Source of the DNA: Bigelowiella natans CCMP2755
Taxonomy: Eukaryota; Protista; Cercozoa
Length of the DNA stretch: 48,126 bases
Assembly (NCBI GenBank): GCA_000320545.1
Contig: ADNK01000336.1
Coordinates: forward strand, 1 to 48,126
Reading direction: 5' to 3'
A program made the position numbers and the translations under genes. Under the pieces are notes generated by a model that searched no databases, was not told the origin of the DNA, and saw nothing but the letters and a program-made list of their open reading frames with translations. Positions 37,631-48,126 of this stretch are shown here, piece by piece; positions within the stretch are counted from its first letter, which is position 1; each line of letters opens with the position of its first letter.

Positions 37631-37923
37631 CTCGATCTTCGGATATGCTGTTAGAGAAAAAGGGCTTTTGTGATGGGAATTTCGTGCTGCGACAACGATT
37701 ATTTCCTCCTTTAATGTACTCAAAATTTTAGATATTTTTTACCTATTTTTCCCTATTTTTCCGCTTTAAGGAGAAACATTCCCACTCGAACACCGCGAGG
37801 TGTTTTTGTGCTGCGACTGGATTAAAGCCGTTGTCGCCGGGATGTTATGCGAAGGATTTCATGATATTTCGGGGAGATTTCAGCCCAGCAAAGGAAGGGT
37901 GATACCCACATCACAGCGAGGCA

Positions 37924-39646
37924 TGAAGCGAGGCGACGAAGAGACGCGCGAACAATTCTTGTACCTCCTACGGAATACGTGCACACCTCTGCAATGTGGG
38001 AGAGGGAAGAAAGGGGAGACGGCGATTTTTGGCTGCCTGTTCCTATTTCGTCGCAACTCACTCTTTTGTTCACTATGCGCATCACAGGCGAAGAAAGAAG
38101 CGGCAAAAACACATCGGATACGTGCCCTTCGTGTCCAGCGGTCGGGGTGGCGGCACACGAATTCGTGCGCCAGCACCCAGAGACACTGCTGGGCCAGATG
38201 AGCACAACTTTCAAGTGATAAGAGAATCGGTTAGGGCTGGGGTTAAGGTTGGGGTCAGGGTCAGGGTTAGGGTTAGGTGAGAAATGGAGCGTCCAAAGAA
38301 CAGTTTTGAGCCTTCCTTTGTTGAGCGAAGTTGAGTGATGTGAGTGAATTTTGGCACACATCATGTGACATGCTACTGATTGTGTTCTGTCCGCCAATGA
38401 TGTGAACAATTTGCCAAAATCATCAGCTAGGATTGCCGAATGGCAGGCTGTCGAGTCCCAGCGTTTCGCTGAGTGAAGATCGGAGAGGAAGAAGACGGGA
38501 GGGAGGCAGTTTTCGAGGGCGGGCAGGCCATCGTCATGGAAGGGGGTGGAGGGGTCATTCAGAGAATGTGCGAGTTCATGCAAGCATTCGGAGGGATGGT
38601 GGCAACCCGAGACGTGAGCTCCAGGCTCGAGCTGGAAGAGGAGGAAGAGGTGAGAGCATGGAGGGGGGAGAGAGGATTTTCTGACTTGGTGAAAACCATC
38701 TCTTACCTTGCATTTCTCATGCACATTTGCGATGTTTTCATAATCGATGCTCGAATCCTCGTTTCTGCTCAGCTGGCAATGCCATTGTTCAATGCCCCTC
38801 CCGTTCCAGTTCGGAATTGGAGCTGGCAAAGCTAAGGGCGGAGTTGGCAAGGGCAAACGCGGCGCTAAATCGGGAGAAAGTGGAAAATGAGATCAAGCAA
38901 AGAAAAATCGAAGAGCTCAAAAAGGCAAATGAGGAATTTTCAAAAGTCGAAGTGCAGCAGAAAGAGGTAGTTGGGGGGACGTGAAAGAACCACGATGCGT
39001 GTCTCATCCGCTACCTTGCCTGCTTTTGAACCCGAACGGGATTTACATAGACTCACGTTTTCGAATTTGGAAAAACCAAAAAACCAACTCGAACCCCAAA
39101 GTGTTCACATCGAAATCCCTGTGATGACGCTGAACCAGAAGCCATAATTTTGAATTCCTTGGAACTTGTGTAATCGTCGTAGTCATCATCATCTGAAGCA
39201 TTCCACACACGAAGGTGAATGAGAGGCTCAAGGAGAGAGCAGAAAAAGCTGAAAAAGAGTTGTGTGAAGAGAGAGCAAATGCTGATGAAAGGGTGAGAGC
39301 CGAACGATTGAACGCGAGGGAAAAGAATGAAAATATGAGAAGGAAGAGGAGAATGGCTCGGAGCCGATCTGACAATGACGGTGCGGATGCAAATCGGGAG
39401 GACAGCGGAGACCGTCACAATCACATTGATGATGATGACGATGCCGACGACATCGATTGCAAGGAGGACTATGGGAATGAGGATCGAGAACACTGTGATG
39501 GATTTTGTGCGAATCAGGACGATGGAGGACGGGGAAACCTCGTCAATCTCTCGTCATCTGAAAATGTCAATGGAATCAGAAGTCAGGGCTTCAGCTCCGA
39601 AGGTTGTTTTCTTAGATCGAGTCTTAATCCGAAGAGAAATACATGA
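37924..39646 (+). CDS. Hypothetical RG-rich/coiled-coil protein; possibly the N-terminal part of the downstream HECT gene
   Basis: In-phase exons ..RRELQARAGRGGR-AGNAIVQ..ELAKLRAELARANAALNREKVENEIKQRKIEELKK..-VNERLKERAEKAEKELCEERANADER. First exon and stop are uncertain. Confidence 0.45.
38231..38277 (+). repeat. Degenerate interstitial telomere-like hexamer array (TTAGGG variants)
   Basis: TTAGGG CTGGGG TTAAGG TTGGGG TCAGGG TCAGGG TTAGGG TTAGG. Confidence 0.75.
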
Positions 39647-40178
39647 AGATGATGATGATGATGAACATGATGGTACATTTTTAATGATGGAAGTCATTCA
39701 CTGAAATAATTGCATGATGAAGTAGTTTGTGTACAATAATCGAAAAAAATATGTAACGGACACAAAATTGTTGAATTTTCTTATGATGAGCATTTTACCA
39801 CCACCAATGTCTTCACATTGTATTCGCTCTTTGAATGCCATGAAAAGACCAAATCGGCAACTTTCGAGCTATTACAAATACGTGCCTTCACCATTTGCGA
39901 GGATCAAGCAGCAACGCCTTCAAGGGCAGCAACATGTCGGACGACTTTTGTGTAGAATGACTTTGAAAAGAAATAGTGAGCAATAAATATGACAAACTCG
40001 AAAGCTTGTCCTAATTTAGTTAGAAGTTAAATTGCAGTCTAAGAAATTGTATAGTTTTATAGCGTCTCAGCTTTATCCATAAATATTACGGCACACGTAT
40101 GGACACACACACACACACGCACACATATATATACACACACAATCCCTAAAACGAATCCCTAAAACTATTCACATTTGA

Positions 40179-40217
<39 letters not shown>

Positions 40218-40756
40218 TGTGTGTGTGTGTGTGTGTGTGGAGGCAATATGACAAGATCTTCAATAGTGAAGATGATTTGTGTGTACACTAAACAGAAACC
40301 TGGACGATTTGACGTACCCTATATTATCTGAAAAAATCGACGAAAAGCGCAGAATTCATCTCTGGTGGAAAAAACAAATGGAATCATGAAATCATATCAA
40401 CCAAAATACTCGAGGATTTTGTTTCATAGATACCACATTTTGTTACTTCCCCATATTGCATCATTTACCCTTATCCATAAAGATAAATAAATGTAATAAT
40501 GAGAAGAATAAGATATGTTTTTACGTCTGCCTCAAATATTTCCCATCTAAACAGATTCCTAACAATTGCCGGTGCATGCTGTCTTGCAATGCGATATCAA
40601 CATATTCGAGGCTATTTTTCACACCCATGACGATGAAGAGAAGTGATAGTGTAGGATTTCCTTAGCTTCGTTACAGCGCAAGAGTTTTAATTTTTGTTAG
40701 TGGGTACCGTGGAAAACTGCTCCATTTTTGAAATAATCTAAATGCAATTTACACAG

Positions 40757-40912
40757 GTATGGAAAATTGCCCAAAATCACTTTTAAAATCGGCAGTTCAC
40801 GGAAGAAAGAGAAAGGAAGGGACTTTGGTGGTCTCACGAGCCATTTCTTCACTGAACTTTGGGCTGTGAGTCATTAAAGCAGACGAACAATAATGACAGA
40901 GATGCATAAACA

Positions 40913-40952
<40 letters not shown>

Positions 40953-40968
40953 CATGTGACAACTAGAG

Positions 40969-41004
<36 letters not shown>

Positions 41005-42577
41005 AAAATACATGTTTCAGAATTTGGCGGAGAAGAAGGTTGGCGGGAAGAAGCTCTTTACATCGATAGATTCTAATCTCGGTATGATGCTTCCCACACG
41101 ATGCTCAGCCAATCAGCTCTCTTCGGAAACAAGACGTGCATATTTAAACGGTAGCTTTGGCGACTTAAACATGATGCAACATGTCTGCGAAAGATTCATC
41201 AAATATATACATTATGTACATGCACATATATCCGCACATCATTTTTTTCATTCTCGCCTGTTGCTGCTACTCACTCTATCCTTACCATCACAAATGTGGT
41301 CATTGCCAACGTCATTACAGTCGGACGATTCTTCTGCATCTGCATCCTGCACGATAAGAAGATACCGATGAAGTGGTAAGCAGTAGCTAAGACGACAAGA
41401 CATAATACCCTCAATTGACTCATTCCTGATCGCTGATATGACATACAGGATGCCAGGGCTGCTCCTGGACTATTTGATGTATATTGAGCCAAAGTTTGTA
41501 ATGCACGCAGATAACTATAGGAGTAAAAACTGCCATGATCTCCTGAAAGATGTGGAGGATTTTAACTTGAACAAGAACGTAATCTGCAGGAAGATACTTA
41601 CGAATATCAAAACCGAGTAACTGAAATAATTGTCATTATCCTCGATCATTGTCGTTCGCCTTAATCACCATAATCACAATCATCATGAAACATCGACGAA
41701 ACAGCATGGACACACGATGGGGGCAGATGAATGAGCTCCGTCATTCATTCCAGCTGCCGAAAATGGAGAAGGACGACGGCGACATTCTGACACCAAAGGA
41801 TACGATCAAGTAAGAATACATAGATGGGGTGTTGTGTTTAATTCAAAATTCATAGTATTACCATTAAAGTTCTTTTCATTAGAGAGCTTGGAAACTTCAT
41901 GCAAAACTTTTTCATCGATTCGAGAAAGGTAATAACATGATAGGTATTGATATTTGTGAGAAGTATCGTATTGCAGCGGAGATACCATTATCTTCGACGT
42001 CATAACCTTTTTTCGTGCATATGGTAGACTGCGTTGGAAGCCATCCGAGACGGATTTCGTTTGGTAAGCGAGGATGCCAAGATATTGGAGATTGGCGAGA
42101 AATAATGACAAAAAGCACTCAAAAGCTAGTTATAATTCTTCGCATATTCATCGTCGTCATCATCAATATCACATTCATTATCCTGACCATAATGCATCAT
42201 CGTCTGATCACACATCATCACCATCATCACCATCAATCATATCATCATCGCCATTTATCCATGTGGACGTAATCACCCCAGGTTGGGGTGAATGAGTCGA
42301 GTGAGTGCGGTGCTCCTATTCTTGGTGATATACTTCGATACACTGTGCACACGAGAAAATCTCGACTCAAAGCGATAAGTTACGAATGATTCACAACACC
42401 AATAACGGCATCATTAATTAAAGTATTTCACAAAACACAAAATACAAGTGAGAGTAGTGTTTACAACGATAGAGCCAACAGTTTGACACTATTTCTTGCT
42501 TGGCCGTACTGCTGCTCAAAATCGGTGTGTTTGTAGAGTTTCCACAAAAGGGACATTTTTAAAATTATAAATAAGTA

Positions 42578-42611
<34 letters not shown>

Positions 42612-42996
42612 ATACACCATCTTCACTCACGGTGGCTTCCTCCTCCTCTTCCTCTCACAGCCCTTCCTCCGGTGGACGAAAACACGCGTAAACTCACTAT
42701 AAATGCAATCGTGTCAAGAGACCAAATAAAATCAGAGGAGGATATCGTTCAGGTTAAGGAAAAGACTGTCCAAATTTGTTGGTAGAGGAGAACAAATATA
42801 TCTTTGATAAACTCCTCATCTTTCATCTTTCGCCTTTCACCATTTCTGTTTAGGCCGTGCGTCATTATTTGAAGCACTGCTCTATTAAAGCACTCGAGGA
42901 ATTTCTCATGTGTTTTACTGCGGAGTAAGTGCTCGAGTAGAATGAGCAGATCACTGCGAAGAGACCAGCAAACAGCATGCATTTTGTGAATATATG

Positions 42997-43080
<84 letters not shown>

Positions 43081-43786
43081 GTGTGTGCGCATGTGGGTGC
43101 GGGTGTAGTATACAGCGACGGTTTCATTGCTTCTCCTCTTCGCTCTCTAGTTACCATGTTCACACACACATCTACTTTGTTGCTGCTGAACCTACAGGCT
43201 TGCAGCGCCAACGAAGAAAATCCCTATCTATGTCAACCCCGATCTCTACGCTGTATGCCGTAGGAAAAGTAGCAGGGAGAAATGAGAGTGAGAGAGAGAG
43301 AAAATTAGAGACAAAGTTATACATGTATATGGTTTGCGCTTATAATGAGTTTTATCCCTTTGCCAGCCCAGAGCCCAGACATGTGAAATAGTGCGAAGTA
43401 TAGGCTTTCCTCCTTATCAATCCAAGGCCGTGTCTCTACAAACATGGTATAACTCTACCGAAACGACGACCTCAAATAAACTAATTCGTGGTTATGTTGT
43501 CTTTCGGAGAACATCCGATCGGACTCATAATTTGACGGCCAGAATTCCACATTTTTTGTCGAAATCTCGGTTGAAATGACAGATTTAAATTTCACACTGG
43601 TTTGTTTTCTACTTTCTTTCAAAGTATGCGTGCTACGTTGTGATAGTATCCAATTAGTAAGAACCATAGGAAAACGATATTGGAACTTCGTATTTACTTG
43701 CAATAATTGCTTCTAGGGTGAAGGAAAAAATCGAAGAAACTGTGCTAAATTCACGCGACAAATATGGAGCTGCTGCTTTGGAGTAG
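40757..43786 (+). CDS. Divergent HECT-domain E3 ubiquitin ligase (HECT-encoding exons; 5' extent unresolved)
   Basis: Spliced ITFKIG..EKGRDFGGLTSHFFTELW, RAYLNVGRFFCICILH, TALEAIRDGF, LEEFLMCFTA, and PRAQTCEIVRSIGFPPYQSK..WVKEKIEETVLNSRDKYG*. The last corresponds to the HECT C-lobe LPxAHTC..LxLPPYxS..LKEKL with the catalytic Cys present. Confidence 0.8.
42990..43080. repeat. Interrupted (TA)n microsatellite in a HECT-gene intron
   Basis: Directly visible. Confidence 0.93.
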
Positions 43787-45102
43787 TAGATGTGCAGTCA
43801 CTGTTGCATGACCGAATTGCAAATTGTGAAAGTCAGGCTTTTAGTGATTAGATGCATGTGTTAGTCTACATGCTTAGCTGCTTTCATTTTGACCATCTTT
43901 GTCCCATGCCTGTCAGCACTCTCGCTCGCTTGCTCCAATGATTGTCGAGAGATTGCTAGATTGCTCTCGCTTTGTCTCCGTTGGCTAGTTGGGTGCAGGC
44001 TTGCCAGCTAGCCAGTCCTAGCTAGCTAGAGTCGCATGCTGGCTAGCTGGCATGCGAGCTAGCGAGGTTCACAGTGCTGGAGTGAATGCACAGAGTCGTT
44101 CAATGATGAATTCCAATCATTCGCGATGGTTTGTTGCAGCACAACGCCGCGCTGAAAATCCAGCAGCACTTGTTGCTTTTTGCCATTCGCAGCACGCATC
44201 GAGCACCGATGATGCAAGAACATGCAGCGCAAAGTTGACGATCAATTGAACCTTGAGCATTGCAGGCTGCACAGCACGATGGTTGGGTTTGTGTTCTTAC
44301 ACGATCACCTGCGATTCACAAGTTCAGTGTTGTGATGTTCATCACTTTTCAAACGTTTGGCTTGCAATCATTCAGGCGTTCGTCTCCCAATTGAATCAGC
44401 TGTTCATTGATCAATTGATGCACGCGTTGCATTGACGATTGGAAATGATGCAAGCCACAAAGTGTGCTGACTCGGTGTCTGAGACGTGAAGGTGCACTTG
44501 CACGCAGTCAACCAAGTAGATTTGATCAACGCTTTGTTCATTGTTCATTGTTCATTGTCCAAGCTAGCAAGGCAACAAACAAACAACCAAACAAGCGTGA
44601 TGCAGAACCACACTTGCAATTCCAAATGTTGCATGACGTTTGCAAAGTGCGAAACGCAGTGCCTCGAACTAGCTTCAGTGAGGACCAACTGAATTTGAAA
44701 ATTTGGCATTCCAGCTGCACAGAGCAGCGCAATTGGTTTAAACGTGGAGGCGACGCAAAGTGACGCAACGCCTGCTCTTCGCAGGAACTTCCTGAAGGCT
44801 GCACTGCATGATGGTCCGCGGCTCGGTGTTCCGAAGGAACATCCAGCAAGACATTAGTTTTGGTGGAGTCAGAGGCATGAAAAAAAGAGGAGCAGGTGTA
44901 GCAATTGGGAGCAGGCAATTGGGAGCAGGCAGGCGAAGAGGGACCCAGGGTGCTTCCACCATTTCCAACCTTGAATCTTGCAATTTTGGCTCATTTTCTG
45001 GTCGCACTTGAATGTCGCACGATCATTTCGCCTCGCATTTGAAAGAAAGCATTTTCCGATTTTTTTTCACTCGGAAACGCCAAAACCATCCAGAACGCCA
45101 TC

Positions 45103-46684
45103 ATGGGAGAATTGAGCACAATGTCCACCGCAGCGTTGCTTCTCATCCTTGCAGGCGCGCCCCCAGTGGCGCAATCTGCCGGTAATCCGCATCCATCTTC
45201 GAGGATGAATCGTTTTGCGCATTACACGCCCGCGAAGAAGAGTGTGGAACAATCAGAGTTGATTTTTAACGTGTTCGACTATGGCGCAAAGGGGGACAAC
45301 TCCACCGATGACACTGCTGCGTTTGCTAAAGCCATTGGCGCAGCCCGAGCTGCAGGCGGGGGAACAGTGATTGCGCCAAGTAGTTTATATCGATTTTCCG
45401 GCCATCTCACCATCCCTAACGGTGTGACACTGCGTGGCAGCTACAACGTGGTGCCGTCCCACGCGTTGGTTGATGGGGTGCAGCTGGACGACGGCACGGT
45501 GTTCATTCCACTCGAAGGTCGAGGGGCAGCTTCAGGGCCACCGTTCATCACGATTCAGAGCAATGCGTTGTTGTCTGGGGTGGTGATTTACTACGAGGAA
45601 CAGGAGAGGGTTCAACTACCGGTGGCGTATCCTTGGACGTTATTCATGACAGGCAACAATGCGGCCGTGATGGATGTAGAGCTCCTGGGCTCATTTAATG
45701 GGATAAATGCAACTCTAGCTCACAGGCATTACATCGCGAGGGTCCAGGGGCAGCCGCTGAACATCGGTGTGTTTGTGGATTCGACGTATGATATTGGAAG
45801 GTTAGATGGCAGAATCTTAGACGGGATCTTAGCATGGAGTAGGGGTAGGGGTACACGATTCACCAATGATTTCCGATTAGATCCGACGTGCAAAGCATTG
45901 AAATAATTTTTTCGTTGTCGTACATTACATTGAAAAGGATTGAGGATGTGCACTTCAACCCTTGGTTCTCGAATTCGCAGCCCTTCGTGACCTACCAACT
46001 CACGCACGGCCGTGCCTTCGTCTTCGGCCGATCAGATTGGGAATGTGCGATCTTGTCCTAACACGCACCATGACGATATGGCCTCAATTCTAACACCAAA
46101 CTCCTCTATCCTCAGATGTCTTCAACACCTTCGCTTTCGGCTACGCCATAGGCTACCATTTCATCTCTACCCCTACCGGTCAGATGAACGGTAACTTTCT
46201 CGGGATCGGAGCAGACCTCGCTACTAACGTCTCCGTCTTGGTTGATGCGTCACAAGCTCCTGGTATCCTAATCACCAATGGGGAGTTTACAGCTTTCCAT
46301 GACGATCAATGGCTTCCAAACTCCACGGTCGAGTCGTCGCATGTTGTAGTGAGCCCGACCAACACCGGGCCGGTAAAGTTCGTTGATTCTAGTTTCTGGG
46401 GGCCAGCATCACAAGTTGCTCTCCTTGAAGGAAAGGGGTCGACAACTTTCTCAGGATGCCAGTTTGTGCAGTGGGATGAGCAGAAGAAGGATGGGCGCTC
46501 GGCGATTCAGATCAAAGCTGGGAGGTTGGTGCTGCAAGGGAATGAGTTCGGGCAAGACAAGGCGCAGGTGGAGGCATGGGAGGGTGTGGAGAAGGTGGTT
46601 GTAACCGGAAATTTATTCGCAGCAGGCGAAAAGATTACTATACGCGGAGGAGACACTGTGAAAGCAATTGGCATGAATGCATAG
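45103..46684 (+). CDS. Secreted right-handed beta-helix carbohydrate-active protein (Pectate_lyase_3/GH55-like N-terminus), 3 exons
   Basis: Signal STAALLLILAGAPPVAQS, motif FNVFDYGAKGDNSTDDTAAFAKAI..GGGTV. Exons 45103-45800, ~45938-46044 and ~46116-46684 give DIGRIEDVHFNPW..FVFGRSDWEYVFNTFAFGY..GNFLGIGAD. Confidence 0.85.
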
Positions 46685-47697
46685 CCGGAGAAGCTGAAAA
46701 CAAAGTCTAGCCTGCCTGTCTGTGTGCATACATGGTATTCGTGTCGTACCATCTGGGTAACTCGCTTAGATGCATTCAAGACGCATCAAATCCACAGTTT
46801 CGTGGGTACAGCAACTAACAGAAACAAATAGCAAGACTGTGTGTGTAGATGGCTGTGTGTGGATCACCATATTAGCCTGCTGGTGGCAACAACGAATAAT
46901 GACGACTACAAAATGTATCATTTTGTTTTTGGAGTGAGTAATACAATGCTAATTTAGCACGTGCGACCTGGTAGCGATGGGGGCTCGCAAATTGAAAAAA
47001 ACAGTAGTTGCTCGATGTTGAATTGGATGACATCTTACTACGACGTGCTCGAACGCCCTTGCTTGCTGCTGCTGAGCCATGCTAAGCATGCTCGCTGGTC
47101 CAAGCTAATCGCTGCGATGATGAGCATACCAGATTTGTGTACCTAATATGTGTCACGCTTACCATGGAATGTATAGATTCCATTCTGTTGGCAGGCGCAA
47201 AGTAGACCGTACGAACACAAATATGCTTATTGACTTCGTAATTCATTGTTAAAGCAAAAATTTTTGTTAAAAGTTGGTTTCGCGCGCGCGTGTCTTGTAA
47301 ACTTGAATCACATCGCATCACAATCCACGCATGCAGCGTTGCCCAGCATCTAGACATTATTGCCGATGCTCAATTTCAATATTAATGGCTAAAATGGCCG
47401 GCCGAAAGCATTTCATAAGCACGGGCCGCGTGAGCACTTATCAGCCATACATCGCGCAGGTATAAAAAAACTGTGCAATTATAGAAGCCATATAGAGCAC
47501 TGCTTTCACCCTTGTGCACGCATCGTCGATCACTAGCAGCATAACACGGAAACTGCCGAACTACTTCCTTAGCTATTCATGGAAAGATAACAATACAATA
47601 GGCGTACAACCAATGACTTACATCCGTGACAGCTGATATATCACAAGACTTTCATCTAGCTACGACAAGATCGATCATCGTTACATCTGTAATCCTG

Positions 47698-47911
47698 CTA
47701 CGAGGGAGGGGGCGGCGCTGCACCGGGATGTTGGGGCGGGGGGGCTGACGGCAGCGGTGGAGCGAAACCTCCCCCCCCATAATGCTGCTGAGAATTGCTA
47801 TAGCCCATTCCAGTATGGATACCCGGCATGGCAGAGAGATGTGGCCGATGTGTTGCTTGCTGCTGCTGCTGCTGATGATGATGATAAGGATGAAGCTGAT
47901 GCTGACTCATG
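47698..47911 (-). CDS. Terminal exon of a gene extending beyond the window; Q/H/P-rich low-complexity C-terminus
   Basis: AG acceptor, then MSQHQLHPYHHHQQQQQQ..GGGGFAPPLPSAPPPQHPGAAPPPPS*. Confidence 0.55.
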
Positions 47912-48126
47912 CCTGTTATCCCCACGCGTAGTCACAACATGCACCCATTAACACACAAAACCGTGTCAAAATCATCTAGTTTCGAGGACGAAATGTGTCG
48001 GCAATGTTCCCCTCTAGGGTAGAATCTTATGTTGTACAATGCATATAATTGTTATTATTCTATAACAATATGTGTGTGTGTGTGTGTATAGTGGACAATC
48101 ACACACACACACACACACACACACAC

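Noticed and set aside
37822-38856. 344-aa minus-strand ORF with NPNPDP repeats
   Set aside because: It is antisense to plus-strand exons with good splice sites. The NP repeat is just the telomere-like array translated, and there are no recognisable motifs.
48013-48019. Single TCTAGGG heptamer resembling a nucleomorph telomere unit
   Set aside because: One copy is expected by chance.

Overview
A gene-dense, intron-rich eukaryotic nuclear window with GT-AG introns, many filled with microsatellites. It is probably from a rhizarian alga such as a chlorarachniophyte; this is inferred from the intron style and a bipartite signal+transit presequence. The ORF track is mostly exon fragments and repeat read-through, so I rebuilt gene models by hand from splice sites and phases. 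Genes in order: 3' end of importin alpha (+); FKBP12-type PPIase with a charged tail (-); WDR76/Cmr1 with an extra N-terminal Tudor-knot domain (+); a multi-pass membrane protein (-); one spliced gene fusing an HSPBAP1-type JmjC hydroxylase to an FkbM methyltransferase (-); MGST3 (+); a small secreted orphan (-); a ~1743-aa pseudokinase-(TRADD-N/SEA-like)-CHAT-STAND-CHAT-STAND protein (+); RPP30 (-); a signal-peptide UBA protein (+); an intronless, plastid-type, degenerate aldo-keto reductase (-); a coiled-coil protein and a divergent HECT E3 ligase (+, possibly one gene); a secreted bacterial-type beta-helix carbohydrate enzyme (+); and the last exon of a Q/P-rich gene (-). The best candidate for an undescribed system is the NLR/apoptosome-like pseudokinase-protease-STAND polyprotein, followed by the JmjC-FkbM fusion. 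All family calls come from motif recognition by eye, not from database searches.
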